A stretch of 57,334 bases of DNA from a virus. Its lineage: Duplodnaviria > Caudoviricetes. The DNA is taken from positions 1-57,334 of the IMG/VR virus record IMGVR_UViG_3300011335_000748. One strand, 5' to 3'. Positions 1 through 10,413 of this stretch are shown piece by piece (within the stretch, counting starts at the first letter, position 1; each line of letters begins with the position of its first letter). The translations under genes and the position numbers were made by a program. Under the pieces are notes generated by a model. That model was not told the DNA's origin, searched no databases, and was given only the letters and a program-made list of their open reading frames with translations.

Positions 1-127
1 CCAGTCTCAGCGCATCTTCCAAGACTATGCCAACAACTACAATCAGGCGCAAACGGCCTCGATGAATGCGTTTCAGAACCAACAGGCTCGGGCGCAGAAC
101 GTCGGCAACCTTGCACTGGGCGCAGGA
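1..127. repeat. Terminal direct repeat (identical to 57208-57334), assembly circularity overlap
   Basis: The first 127 nt match the last 127 nt exactly; the ORF starting at 56708 continues in frame across the junction to the stop at 493. Confidence 0.95.
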
Positions 128-493
128 CAACTGGCATCTGGCAGCGCAACTGGGATTGCCAACGTCGGGAAGCAGACAGCTGACCTTGGTCAACAGGCCT
201 CTGGCTTGGCACAGGGTGACACCTCGTTCCTGTACAACATTGGTAACCAGCAACAGGCTTACCAGCAGAAGGTGCTTGACGCTGCCCGCCAGACAGCGAT
301 CCAGCAGCAGTACGAGCCGTATCAGCGGATTTCGTTCCTCAGTGATATCTACAAGGGCGCACCTTCGTCGCAGCAGACGATCAGTCAGACCTCGGCTCCT
401 TCTCCATCGCTTGTTTCACAGGTCGGTGGTCTTGGTATTGCTGGTCTGTCCGCGTATAATCTCTTCGGTGGTAGCGGCTCTACACCTAAGTAA
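1..493 (+). CDS. 3' part of Gln/Ala/Gly-rich internal virion (ejection/pilot-like) protein, about 330 aa, starting at 56708
   Basis: In-frame continuation of the ATG at 56708 across the terminal overlap; Q/A/G-rich; C-terminal GGLGIAGL segment; position among ejection genes. Confidence 0.7.
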   Translation, partial: QSQRIFQDYANNYNQAQTASMNAFQNQQARAQNVGNLALGAGQLASGSATGIANVGKQTADLGQQASGLAQGDTSFLYNIGNQQQAYQQKVLDAARQTAIQQQYEPYQRISFLSDIYKGAPSSQQTISQTSAPSPSLVSQVGGLGIAGLSAYNLFGGSGSTPK

Positions 494-504
494 AGGTAAG
501 CACG

Positions 505-1758
505 ATGTATGATCCTGTTCTCAATCGCCCCATGTTCCAAGCCCAGAACACCGCCACTCCAATGGCGGCTGCTCCTATGGGGGCAAAGGGCACTGGCATC
601 ACATCGATGGTGACTTCACCAGACCCTGACACCACGATGCAGCAGCTCAAGGCTTTCGGTAGTCCGGTGGCTCCGACTATGGGTTATGCCGACGGCGGTC
701 CTGTGCAGAACTTTGCAGAGGGCGGTCTCTCCAGCATCTTCAGTCGTTTTGCTGATTCCTTGAAACAAGGCGGCGGTGAAGTACCCGATAACGCGATGGT
801 CGCGACTGACGAGGATGTCGCTAATCAGCAAGCGGCAACTGCCGAAAGAATGCGGCAGAACATGGTGCAAAACGCCAAGTCAGACGAACAAAAAAGAGCG
901 GAGCTTTATGAGATTACAAGGCGGGAGGAAGAGCGTCTTTCCGGGCCGGATGCTTATGGATCCTCGGAGGGGATTGTATCCATCCCCCGCTCGGATGCTC
1001 CTTCACGGCAACCCCCTACTCCTCCTCGTCCCCCCTCTGTTCGGGAGTTTCAAAACCCATACGGTGCTACTCCTCCTAGCGATAGCGAAGAGCGTCGATA
1101 CATTGAAGAACGTGCTATGCCTAAGGCTCCTCCCATGCCTCCAGAAGGTCGCCCGACGGAAGAGCGCAGCAGCATCTCGACGGAGCTTAACAAGATCCGG
1201 GAAGAACGTAAGGCTCAATCCGCAGCGGACCGCCGCGAGAATGCTTTGATGGCGTTGATGTCCGCTGGCTTCGGTATGGCTGCGGGCAAGAGCCGTCACG
1301 CCCTTACCAACATTGCGGAAGGTGGGCAGCAGGGCATTGCTACCTTTGCCAATCTGGAGAAGAGCCGTCGCGAGGACGATAACCGCCGCTATCTGGCTGA
1401 CCTTCATGAGCGCGAGCTGCGGATGAACGAGCCTTATAAGCAAGCGATGACTGAGCAAGCGCAAGCTCAGGCTGCATACCTGAAGACCCGCCCTGCATCA
1501 GAACAGCAGCGTCAGCAGCTTCGCGAAACAACGGCAATGTACAACGCTCGCAAAGAAGCTGCTAATGAGTTTATCCGCCGCAAGAAGGACGACTATACCT
1601 TTGGTCAGCAGTTCAATAATCCGGCTACTGGTGCAGCCATGGAAAAAGAGTGGCTGGCCCGCAGAACCCGTGAACTGATGCCGGAACACTTGGCCCGCGT
1701 GATGAACGATGCTAATAATGGTTCGCAAGGAAATGTAAGCCCAACCAACGCGGAGTGA
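505..1758 (+). CDS. Putative internal virion/ejection protein, 417 aa
   Basis: AAAGG RBS; N-terminal VLNRPMF, YADGG/FAEGG motifs, helical ALMSAGFGMAAG segment; lies between the pilot-like gene and the giant virion protein. Confidence 0.6.
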   Translation: MYDPVLNRPMFQAQNTATPMAAAPMGAKGTGITSMVTSPDPDTTMQQLKAFGSPVAPTMGYADGGPVQNFAEGGLSSIFSRFADSLKQGGGEVPDNAMVATDEDVANQQAATAERMRQNMVQNAKSDEQKRAELYEITRREEERLSGPDAYGSSEGIVSIPRSDAPSRQPPTPPRPPSVREFQNPYGATPPSDSEERRYIEERAMPKAPPMPPEGRPTEERSSISTELNKIREERKAQSAADRRENALMALMSAGFGMAAGKSRHALTNIAEGGQQGIATFANLEKSRREDDNRRYLADLHERELRMNEPYKQAMTEQAQAQAAYLKTRPASEQQRQQLRETTAMYNARKEAANEFIRRKKDDYTFGQQFNNPATGAAMEKEWLARRTRELMPEHLARVMNDANNGSQGNVSPTNAE

Positions 1759-1763
1759 TCTTT

Positions 1764-4700
1764 ATGGTTGACGAAACGCCAGCCCCTTTAACTCCGCTCC
1801 AGCAATACAAGTCGACCTTCACGGGGCTAGCCGATACCCCCGACGATCAGGTTATCGACTCTTTGTATGGCGAGTACGGCAAGGCTTCCGGTATGGACAA
1901 GCGAGACTTTGCTCTCGCTTGGCAGGGCCGTGGACCAAGGATGTCCCCCCTTCAGTCAGGTATTGCTGGGCTCAAAACCAGCTACCTTACTACCAAAGCC
2001 GGAGTAGCGCAGTCTCTTGGGGCAGATGAGTCTGCCCGCAACTACCTCAAAGAAGCAGAGACCATTGAGGCTGATACAAAGGCTCGATATCAGCCTGAGT
2101 TCCGGTCGTTCGATGACGTGCGCGGCCCAATCGATCTTGCAAAATACACCGCTGAAAAGTTTGGTGAGTCTGCCCCTCAAATGGCGGCACAAGCTGCGGG
2201 TGCATTGGCCTTGACGGCTGCGTCAGCAATAGCTCCGGTAGCAGCTCCCGTTGGTATTGGTGCTCGTGTCCTTTACACAGGACTAAGGGCACTTGCCGGT
2301 ACGACAACCCGAGCTGCTGTCACCGGAAGCACCGCAGTTGGTCTGCCTCTTTACACGGGGGCCAATCTTCAGCGTCAGATGGACGAAGGTGCAAAGTTTG
2401 AGGACGTAAGCTTAGGTCGCGCAACAGCTGCGGCAGCTCTTCAGTCAACACTGGATTCGATATCTCTTGCCACTGTGTTTAAGGGCCTTCCCGGAAGCAT
2501 GCTTCAAAAAGGTGGCATCTTCCGGCAAGCGGTCATTCGTGGTGTCGAATCAGGGGCAACCGAATCCCTTACGGAAACGGCACAGCAAGCCCTTGAAATC
2601 ATGCAAGCCAATCCTCAGAAGCTGTTTGAGTTTGGAGCAGACGTTCAGAAGGAACTGAAGGAAGCGGCTATTGCTGGCGCGATCCTCGGCGGCGCAATGG
2701 GTGGTGTGGCTGGCGGGGTTCAAAAAGGATTTGAACGCAAGCCGAAGCCCGTTGATGATACCACAACCCAGCAGGGTGGCGATAATACGGGCGGCGGCGG
2801 TGACACGACTACCGACACAAGCGGTGGTGCACTTCCTCCCCCTACTCCGGGATATGCTCCTCGGACCTTTGGTTCTGAGGGTCTGACAGAACCCTCCATC
2901 CAGCGGGCAGATCCTCGGACAGGCAAACCTGTGGTTGAGGTTGGCCTTACTCAACCCGTGGAACAGGTTGTTCCGGGTAATATTACAACGGAGGCCCAAG
3001 ACCTTATCCGCTTGGTGGACCAAGGGAACATGCAGCTCACCCCTGCAATAACCCCGGAACTTCAGAGGATTCTTCAGGAGAATGGGATTGCTGTCGAGGC
3101 AAGTGACACCTCCGATACGGCCCTCGAAAAATTGCGGGCTAAGGCTACCGTAGCTCCTATTATTAAGGACAAGGTCGGAGTTCATTTCACCAATGACTTT
3201 GATCGTGCGCTCTTCTATGCCAACTCCCCAAACATTGATGAGGCAACTCGGCAAGAGTACGAGGACTTCCTGACCCATCAGGGCCTCGACAAAACCCAGA
3301 TTCTTGAACTTGGGTTGCGGCTTGAGGACAAGATCCAAGAGGAAGCTAAGACTCACTTTCAGTTAGGCAACGAAGGTCCTCTGACCTTGGACTTCTCCCG
3401 CAGGGAAGCCGCTGAGATCTACAACAACCTTCCACAGGTCGCCGACACGTGGAAGAAGTTGCAGGAGCAGGGTTACTCTGCCGAGCAGATCAATGAGGAG
3501 ATGTCCGGTGAGGCGGCATACACTAACGCCACTCGCGGGAATGTGTCTGATGCAGTGCAAAAAGACACCGGGATCTTCTATTACGACAGGTCTCCCCCTA
3601 GAACTAATGACCCAAATGCGGTTGCGGCAGTTCCGGACAAAACTTTCAAGCGCAAGTTGGAAAGCAAATTTCCCGGTCTCACCTCCATCATGGAGAACAT
3701 TGCTCAACGTCTGTTCCCCGGGACAGATATCCATTTCTTCAATGAAAAGGATCCAAATAACTTTGGTTCCTTTGCCGGTATCTGGCGTTACAAGGTGGAC
3801 CCAAGTGCCCGCCGTCCCGGAGCCATGGGCATTGCTATCAACCTTCACGATATCTTGAAGGGGGCATACTCCAAAGGGAAGCAGCCTTCCCCACGTCAGA
3901 TAGCCAATCTTGTCCATACTATCCTGCATGAACTTAGCCATCCTGCTGTTGATTCGGTCCTTACCCGACTGAATGCCGCTGATATGGAAGCGGTCATGCA
4001 ACAGTATGCTTCGGAACGTAACAGCATAGCTATTAAAAGAGAGGCCGCTGCTCGAACTATCAACCAGCATACTTTTGATCTTAAACAAAAGGGTCCTGTA
4101 ACCGAGCAAGAGCTGGCTGACCTCAAGGACAGGGTTGCCAAAAGATTTGGGGTGTCTGTTTCTTCCATAGAAAAGTTTATCGCTGACCCTAGTGTCAACG
4201 AGCTGGGTGCTTTCTGGCATAAGGACAGCCAAGAGCTAACCTACCGCAGGGACTTTCAGGAGTGGGCTGCTGAAAAAGGCATGCGCTGGATGCTCCAAGA
4301 AATCCCGGGCCGTATGCCTGAGACCGTCTTGGACAAATTTGCAGCCGCCGTTCTTAAAGCTTTGCGTCAGGTTTATGAAACCATCGAAGCTGCATTTGGT
4401 ATCCCGTACACCCCCGGCGCGTTTGAAAAAGCGATGGCGGATACGTGGGGAGCTCATGATCGTACCAACGTCAACAAACAGTTGGCGGAGAAGATGATCT
4501 TGGATCCGCGTAATAACGCTACGGGTGGACCGTGGGCTAACGGCCCCTTTGGTCCAAGGCCCTACTATTCCTCCGCTGAACTTCAGGTTGGGCCAGACGA
4601 ATATTCTCGTTCAACATCTCAATTCGGTGCACTTGCGGGTGAGGATCAAGCCAAGTACAGCTCCCCAATCGAGGACCTTCCCAAAGAACCGAGGGAGAAA

Positions 4701-7385
4701 AGGGAACAGGTTAAGGCTGACAAGACCCAAACTGCCCCTGAGAACACACAGCTTCAGCCCACTGGGAACGTAGAAACCATTGTCCGTAAACTTCGCCCTG
4801 AGGTGGAGCAAAAGGAAACGGGGATCAAGGCTTTCTTCAAGGGCATTCGTGACCTGTTGAAAGGCAACAGCTGGCGCGGAATGGCGGACTTCATTACAGA
4901 GAAGTTAGCCGACAACATGATCAAGGTCCTGCGCCTTGATGAGCGGTACGCTGCCGAGATGAAGAAGCAGGGTCGCCCCTTGGAAGCAGGGTACGACCAA
5001 CGCTATCCCGCAACCGCTCGCCTCTCGGCGTATGCGGCAGCACTTGCACGTGACAACTCCCTTGCTATGGTCGAAACAATCCTGCACCACGGTGGCAGCA
5101 TTGAGTACGTCAAGACGGGGAACGAGGCTACCGATGGGTACATCCGTGTAAACCGCAACGGTAACAAGGGCCTCACCTTCCTTGGTGATCTGATCCGTGC
5201 TGGGAAACTGGAACGCTGGCGCGACTATGCCATGGCAAAGCGCATCGCGGGCCTGACCGAGCGCGGGCTGAAAACCCCTATCACTGTTGCTGAGGCGAAC
5301 GTCATCCTTCGTGAGTACGGTCAGGATGCTGACATCGTCAAAGCTTACGAGAGTTTTCAGAAGCACAACAACAGCATGATCAAGCTGGCAGTGGACACCG
5401 GAGTGATCACCAAAGAAGCTGGTGCGATGTTTGTGAAGAACAACGACTACTACCCATTCTATCGTGAGATGGAAGAGGGCAAAGGTTTCTCGGGCCCAAT
5501 CTTCACGGCTGGTCTGATCTCCCCCACCAAGATTGCCAAGGCAATGGGCGGCACGGAGCACCTGAAGAATGACCCCGTCGAAGTGATCTTGAAGAACACC
5601 CACTTCTGGGCAAATGCTGCCGCAAAGAACGTCGCATCCAACAAGATGTATACGATGATGAAGTTCTTGGGCGAGGCTTCGGATCTTCCTGCTAAGGGCG
5701 GGGTGGTCAAGCCGGGCGAGATCGAAGGCACGACACGCATCAAGGGCAAAGAGCAGAGGTTCGTTATCAAAACTCCTGATCTTGCGGCGGCAATGGAGTC
5801 TATGGGCGCAAGCCCGATGCCAAACTGGACCAAGATCCCCGGAGCTTTCACGAGTTTCTATCGTGAACTTGTGACCCGTGATCCTACGTACATCTTTAAG
5901 AACCTAATGCGCGATCCGTTCTCGGCAATGGTTACCAGTGGCGTGAACTTCAATCCGTTTAAGGCCTTCTCAAACTTTGCGCGGGCTTTAAAGAACCCTG
6001 ACTCTATGGAGTCTTTGCTTGCTTTGCAGAACTTCGGCATCTTGGGCGGGTACAAGTCCCTCCCAAACATGGAGAACGCATCAAAACTTCTTGGTAAGGG
6101 GTTCGATCCAGCCTCCATCCAGCAAGGCAGCGTCTTTGTTGTGCCGGATGCTAATACCTTAACTGGTATAATCTCCAAGTCTTGGAACGCCCTTGGTCGT
6201 ATGTCCGAGGCTTCTGATGCTGCAACCCGTACGGCTATCTACGAAGAGGTCTTGGCAAAGACAGGCAATGAGGCCGAGGCTGCTTTCCGTGCACAGGAAG
6301 TGATGAACTTCCGCAAGCACGGCACAAACCAAGCCATCCGCATTCTGAGCATGATGGTCCCCTTCGTTAACGGTCGCATCCAAGGTATCAGTGTGGCGGC
6401 TCAGGCTTTCGCTGATGGCAACCGCATGCACACCTTGGTCAAAGGCGGGATGTTGTTCGGCGCGGCGATGGCTCTTCAGGGTCTGACCGCAGATGACAAG
6501 GACTATTTGCAGCTACCAGACTATGTTCGTCAGGGGTCCTTGGTAGTTCCGCTGAAAGTCTTGGGCATTTCTGACAAGGGATTCCTTGCCATACCAAAGC
6601 CATTTGAAATGGGCTTCATCTTCCAGACCATTCCGGAGCTGATGATCCAAGCCTATGGCACGGACAGCAAGGAAGACCGTGCGGTCAAGACCGTCATTGC
6701 AAACTACTTGGGGCAGACCTTTGGGATCAGTCCTTTCCCCTCTATCATTGCACCAATCGCTGAAGTGTACTTCAACCGCTCCAGCATGACGGGCTTGCCT
6801 ATCATCACCCAATCAATGGAGCATCTGCCTCCGGAGTTGCAGTACACTGCGGCAACATCCGACATAATAAAGAACCTCGGACAGGCGACGGGTATCTCCC
6901 CTGCAAAGTTGGAGACCATCGTTAAAGGGTACGGCGGTCAGGTCATCACCACCATGTTGACCATGCTTGATGGTATGTACCGTGCGTCAACTGGTAAGGG
7001 CGTGGAAAAGGATTTCACCCAGTATCAACCTGTCTCCACGTTCATCAAAACCGAGAAGAACACCAATCCGCAGGGAGTTGCTGACATCTATCGGCTGTCC
7101 GCTGAAATCCAAGGGCTGACCACTGGCCTTAATAACTACATCAGCTACGGCATGATCAAGGAAGCGGATAACTTGGTGAAAGAAAATCAGGGCTTGTTCG
7201 CTCTGAAACAAACTATCGGAAACTTACGTAACCAGTTGAACACCCTCAGCCGTCAGGAGCGTATCGTCATGAACAACGATGCGATCCCGCAGGAAGACCG
7301 CACACGGATGGTTGATAGTTTACGCGAGGCCCGCCGCCAGATATCCTCGGCCATGCCGGACCTCATCAAACAAACAGGAAAGTAA
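1764..7385 (+). CDS. Large polyvalent/ejection protein (about 1873 aa) with zincin-like HExxH motif and C-terminal LPD38-like domain
   Basis: GGAG RBS before ATG 1764; ILHELSH motif with downstream FQEWAAE; C-terminal IPKPFEMG..FQTIPE..PIAEVYFN..TGLPI pattern recalled from LPD38. Confidence 0.75.
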   Translation: MVDETPAPLTPLQQYKSTFTGLADTPDDQVIDSLYGEYGKASGMDKRDFALAWQGRGPRMSPLQSGIAGLKTSYLTTKAGVAQSLGADESARNYLKEAETIEADTKARYQPEFRSFDDVRGPIDLAKYTAEKFGESAPQMAAQAAGALALTAASAIAPVAAPVGIGARVLYTGLRALAGTTTRAAVTGSTAVGLPLYTGANLQRQMDEGAKFEDVSLGRATAAAALQSTLDSISLATVFKGLPGSMLQKGGIFRQAVIRGVESGATESLTETAQQALEIMQANPQKLFEFGADVQKELKEAAIAGAILGGAMGGVAGGVQKGFERKPKPVDDTTTQQGGDNTGGGGDTTTDTSGGALPPPTPGYAPRTFGSEGLTEPSIQRADPRTGKPVVEVGLTQPVEQVVPGNITTEAQDLIRLVDQGNMQLTPAITPELQRILQENGIAVEASDTSDTALEKLRAKATVAPIIKDKVGVHFTNDFDRALFYANSPNIDEATRQEYEDFLTHQGLDKTQILELGLRLEDKIQEEAKTHFQLGNEGPLTLDFSRREAAEIYNNLPQVADTWKKLQEQGYSAEQINEEMSGEAAYTNATRGNVSDAVQKDTGIFYYDRSPPRTNDPNAVAAVPDKTFKRKLESKFPGLTSIMENIAQRLFPGTDIHFFNEKDPNNFGSFAGIWRYKVDPSARRPGAMGIAINLHDILKGAYSKGKQPSPRQIANLVHTILHELSHPAVDSVLTRLNAADMEAVMQQYASERNSIAIKREAAARTINQHTFDLKQKGPVTEQELADLKDRVAKRFGVSVSSIEKFIADPSVNELGAFWHKDSQELTYRRDFQEWAAEKGMRWMLQEIPGRMPETVLDKFAAAVLKALRQVYETIEAAFGIPYTPGAFEKAMADTWGAHDRTNVNKQLAEKMILDPRNNATGGPWANGPFGPRPYYSSAELQVGPDEYSRSTSQFGALAGEDQAKYSSPIEDLPKEPREKREQVKADKTQTAPENTQLQPTGNVETIVRKLRPEVEQKETGIKAFFKGIRDLLKGNSWRGMADFITEKLADNMIKVLRLDERYAAEMKKQGRPLEAGYDQRYPATARLSAYAAALARDNSLAMVETILHHGGSIEYVKTGNEATDGYIRVNRNGNKGLTFLGDLIRAGKLERWRDYAMAKRIAGLTERGLKTPITVAEANVILREYGQDADIVKAYESFQKHNNSMIKLAVDTGVITKEAGAMFVKNNDYYPFYREMEEGKGFSGPIFTAGLISPTKIAKAMGGTEHLKNDPVEVILKNTHFWANAAAKNVASNKMYTMMKFLGEASDLPAKGGVVKPGEIEGTTRIKGKEQRFVIKTPDLAAAMESMGASPMPNWTKIPGAFTSFYRELVTRDPTYIFKNLMRDPFSAMVTSGVNFNPFKAFSNFARALKNPDSMESLLALQNFGILGGYKSLPNMENASKLLGKGFDPASIQQGSVFVVPDANTLTGIISKSWNALGRMSEASDAATRTAIYEEVLAKTGNEAEAAFRAQEVMNFRKHGTNQAIRILSMMVPFVNGRIQGISVAAQAFADGNRMHTLVKGGMLFGAAMALQGLTADDKDYLQLPDYVRQGSLVVPLKVLGISDKGFLAIPKPFEMGFIFQTIPELMIQAYGTDSKEDRAVKTVIANYLGQTFGISPFPSIIAPIAEVYFNRSSMTGLPIITQSMEHLPPELQYTAATSDIIKNLGQATGISPAKLETIVKGYGGQVITTMLTMLDGMYRASTGKGVEKDFTQYQPVSTFIKTEKNTNPQGVADIYRLSAEIQGLTTGLNNYISYGMIKEADNLVKENQGLFALKQTIGNLRNQLNTLSRQERIVMNNDAIPQEDRTRMVDSLREARRQISSAMPDLIKQTGK

Positions 7386-7386
7386 G

Positions 7387-7980
7387 ATGAACTTTATTGG
7401 ATCTGCGACCCCGTCATCACTTGCCGACATCGAAGCTATTGCTGCGGAGATTGGCGTTCCAACCGCCGCATTCCGTGCGGTGATTCAGGTGGAAGCCGGA
7501 GGCAAGGGGTATGATAAATCGAACCGCCCCAAGGCTTTGTTCGAGCGTCACCACTTCTACAAGCACCTGAAGGACACGCCGGATAAACTTGAGGTCGCCG
7601 TAAGCGAGGGGCTGGCCTATCCAAAGTGGGGTACAACCCCGTACCCAAAAGGCAGCGATGCTGTTTATGAGGAAATCCGTCGGGCCTGTGACATCGAGGA
7701 AGAAGCCGCCTTGCTGTCTACGTCGTGGGGCCTTCCTCAGATCATGGGCTCCAACTACAAAATGGCGGGCTGCTCTTCTGTTCGTGAGCTGGTCGAACAG
7801 TCCATGGAGTCCGAGGCAAATCAGTTGCGGCAGATGGCAAACTTCCTGAAGTCCGCTGGTCTTGCTGACGATCTTGCTGAATTGAATTGGGCCGCTGTCG
7901 CCCGTGGGTACAACGGCCCTCAGTATGCGGTGAACAAGTACGACGAAAAGCTGGCGGCAGCTTACAAAGCTTTCGCCTAA
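7387..7980 (+). CDS. N-acetylmuramidase (DUF3380 family) endolysin
   Basis: AVIQVEAGG, KALFERH, STSWGLPQIMGSNY, ARGYNGP..Y..KL motifs. Confidence 0.88.
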   Translation: MNFIGSATPSSLADIEAIAAEIGVPTAAFRAVIQVEAGGKGYDKSNRPKALFERHHFYKHLKDTPDKLEVAVSEGLAYPKWGTTPYPKGSDAVYEEIRRACDIEEEAALLSTSWGLPQIMGSNYKMAGCSSVRELVEQSMESEANQLRQMANFLKSAGLADDLAELNWAAVARGYNGPQYAVNKYDEKLAAAYKAFA

Positions 7981-9422
7981 ATCAGCCAGTCCTTGTACCC
8001 TTCGTTCAGCACCTCCGTAGCAATGTTGATCTTGTTACGGAGGGCTAGAAGGATCTTCTCGTCGACCGTCCCCTCGGTGACGATGTCAATGTAGGTCACA
8101 TTGTTCTTCTGACCTATGCGGTGAGCGCGGTCCTCTGACTGGAGCCGTACCTCTAAGTCATAGTTGTTCGAAAAGTAGATTACGGTCGAGGCTTCCGTAA
8201 GCGTCAGTCCGTAGCCACCTGTCCTTGGTTGACCAATGAAGAACCGTAGCGGGTGATTTGGATCTTGAAAGTCCATCACCATTTGTTGGCGGTCCTCTGC
8301 ACTTGTCTCACCGAAGTAGATTCCGCAGCTGTTCGGACCATAGACCTCTGATAGTTTCTTTTGGATCATTTTCAGATCGTACACGTAGTTGGCCCAGATG
8401 ATGACCTTTCCGTCGACCTCTTCCAGTGCAGCCTCCAACTCATCGAACTTGTTGGAGTGCATCTCGGTGACGGTCCCATCATCAGCCTTGAAGTAGCCCG
8501 AGCAAATCTGCTGCAAGCGGATGATCTGGGTCAAGACGTTTTGAGCGGTGGCCTGTTTGCCCTCCAGCTCCGCCACAGCCATCTTCTTCATGCGGTAATA
8601 GAGCAGGGCCTGTTCGTCCGTCAGCTCTACATTACGACGTGTATACACTTTCTCCGGAAGGTCTAGGCAATCCTTCTTTAGGATGCGAAAAGAGAATTTG
8701 TCCAGTTTGTCAGACAATTCGGATAGGTTTTGATAGCCCACCACCTGATTGAAGGAGTGTGATCCGACGTTGCGACGGACCATGCGGGCATAGCGGGACT
8801 GGAATGTGTAGAAGGAAGAGTGGCCCAAGAGCCAAGGATCGAGGAACTCGCACTGCGTGTACAAATCCATGGGGCTCTTGGTGATGGGCGAGCCAGTCAT
8901 AATCCGCTTGTACTTGGCAAGCATTCCTGCCCTGATGCAGTTCTTCGTGCGCTTTGCCTTGCCGTTCTTGATCGTCGTGCTTTCGTCCACTGCCATTAGG
9001 GCCGGACGCTTGCGGAGGAAATCCATCGCAAATTGGGTTCCACGTGAGGTGGAAAACGCTTCGATATTCATCACGACAATCTTGAAGTTCTCGTCCTCGG
9101 CAAGGGCGATCTTCAAATGCTCTTCCTGCTTCTTGGTCTGGGACGGTGACCATACAACCACGTCGTGCAAAATGTGGCTAGGAAGGTGCTTGGGGATTTC
9201 GATCTTCTCCCAGTTCTTGTACACACCCTTGGGTGCAACGACGAGCATGCCCGTGATGCTACCCTTGTCGTAAAGAACTGCGGCATTGTCGATCAGGATC
9301 TTTGACTTACCTGTTCCCATCTCGGCGAACAGCGCAAACTCTGGTTGGTTCCACGATTTATTTAAAGCATCCTGCTGATGCTTGTACGGAGGAAGCTTAA
9401 ACTTGTAGCGTTGAATGTCCAT
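7977..9422 (-). CDS. SNF2-family (SF2) helicase
   Basis: EMGTGKS Walker A, VDEST, MTGSP, GGYGLTLTEA, QSEDRAHRIGQ. Confidence 0.93.
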   Translation of the reverse strand: MDIQRYKFKLPPYKHQQDALNKSWNQPEFALFAEMGTGKSKILIDNAAVLYDKGSITGMLVVAPKGVYKNWEKIEIPKHLPSHILHDVVVWSPSQTKKQEEHLKIALAEDENFKIVVMNIEAFSTSRGTQFAMDFLRKRPALMAVDESTTIKNGKAKRTKNCIRAGMLAKYKRIMTGSPITKSPMDLYTQCEFLDPWLLGHSSFYTFQSRYARMVRRNVGSHSFNQVVGYQNLSELSDKLDKFSFRILKKDCLDLPEKVYTRRNVELTDEQALLYYRMKKMAVAELEGKQATAQNVLTQIIRLQQICSGYFKADDGTVTEMHSNKFDELEAALEEVDGKVIIWANYVYDLKMIQKKLSEVYGPNSCGIYFGETSAEDRQQMVMDFQDPNHPLRFFIGQPRTGGYGLTLTEASTVIYFSNNYDLEVRLQSEDRAHRIGQKNNVTYIDIVTEGTVDEKILLALRNKINIATEVLNEGYKDWLI

Positions 9423-9487
9423 GCTCTTGCCCTTTCTGGTTGGCACTGCTAAAAATATACACTGCAAAAATAATTTCAACCCCCTCC

Positions 9488-9516
9488 TTGACAATCTTTT
9501 TTAGCTGACCCATTTT
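9488..9516 (+). promoter_or_regulatory. Sigma70-type promoter for the replication operon
   Basis: TTGACA-N17-CATTTT upstream of 9541 in a divergent intergenic gap. Confidence 0.55.
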
Positions 9517-9540
9517 AGGGAGGCATAACGGGAGAAAGCC

Positions 9541-9867
9541 GTGACAGTCTACATTACACAAGAGATCCGTGGGCGTGACTTATCAGACGCTCTGGAATTT
9601 GGTGACCTTGAGATTCTGATTCCTGCGAAGGAACAGGTTTCCTTGTCATCAATGCCAACCGTCCGCAGGATGGAACGCAAACTCAGCAAGTTTACCGACA
9701 AAGATTATTTGGTGCTGGCAGGAGACCCTGTCTGCATTGGTATTGCTTGCGCTGTCGCAGCCTTGAACAACAACGGACGATACAAAGTTCTGAAGTGGGA
9801 CAGGCTTGATGAGCGGTACTATCCTTTAGACGTAGACGTTTACACCAACCAGAGGAAAGAAAGATGA
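9541..9867 (+). CDS. Conserved phage hypothetical protein
   Basis: GGAG RBS, GTG start; DYLVLAGDP..I..A and LKWDR motifs; overlaps the next gene by 4 nt. Confidence 0.7.
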   Translation: MTVYITQEIRGRDLSDALEFGDLEILIPAKEQVSLSSMPTVRRMERKLSKFTDKDYLVLAGDPVCIGIACAVAALNNNGRYKVLKWDRLDERYYPLDVDVYTNQRKER

Positions 9868-10412
9868 ACCTCGAAGACATTGCGAATGAGTTGAGCACTG
9901 TGAAGGATGACGATCTTGGTAAGGTAGCCAGCCTTGTTCGTCACCAGCTCAGTCTCGAACTGCAAGTGGCCCAGCTGGAAGAACAGCTGAAGCGCACCAA
10001 GCGCGACCTCGATGAAGTCTCCGGACAACACCTTCCGGAAGCGTTGCAAGAATATGGCCTGTCCGAACTGACAATGGCTGATGGTTCCAAGATCTCGGTG
10101 CAGACCGTTATCTCCGCATCGATCAGCAAGGAGCGTCAGCCGGATGCTCACGACTGGTTACGTGACCACGGTCATGGAGACTTGATTAAGAACACCGTGT
10201 CCGTCACCTTCGGTCGCGGGCAGGATGAGACTGCTAAGGATATTGTTCGTGTGCTTCAGTCAAACGGACTCGACCCTGAGCAGAAGGAAGCTGTTCACCC
10301 AAGCACACTCAAGGCTTTCGTGAAGGAGCAAATCGAGAAGGGAAGCGAGATTCCTTCCGAGACGTTTGGAATTTACATTGGTCAAAAGACCGTCATCAAG
10401 AAAGGTAAGTAA
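9864..10412 (+). CDS. Phage replication-module protein (coiled-coil N-terminus)
   Basis: WLRDHGHGDLIK and VHPSTLKAFVKE motifs; position before the SSB-like gene. Confidence 0.7.
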   Translation: MNLEDIANELSTVKDDDLGKVASLVRHQLSLELQVAQLEEQLKRTKRDLDEVSGQHLPEALQEYGLSELTMADGSKISVQTVISASISKERQPDAHDWLRDHGHGDLIKNTVSVTFGRGQDETAKDIVRVLQSNGLDPEQKEAVHPSTLKAFVKEQIEKGSEIPSETFGIYIGQKTVIKKGK

Positions 10413-10413
10413 G

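Noticed and set aside
1-127. 127-bp repeat as a biological terminal repeat
   Set aside because: It falls mid-gene and equals a common assembler k-mer length, so it indicates circular assembly rather than physical ends.
2550-5603. Long minus-strand ORFs of 232-289 aa
   Set aside because: Antisense shadows of the giant virion gene, expected from codon bias.
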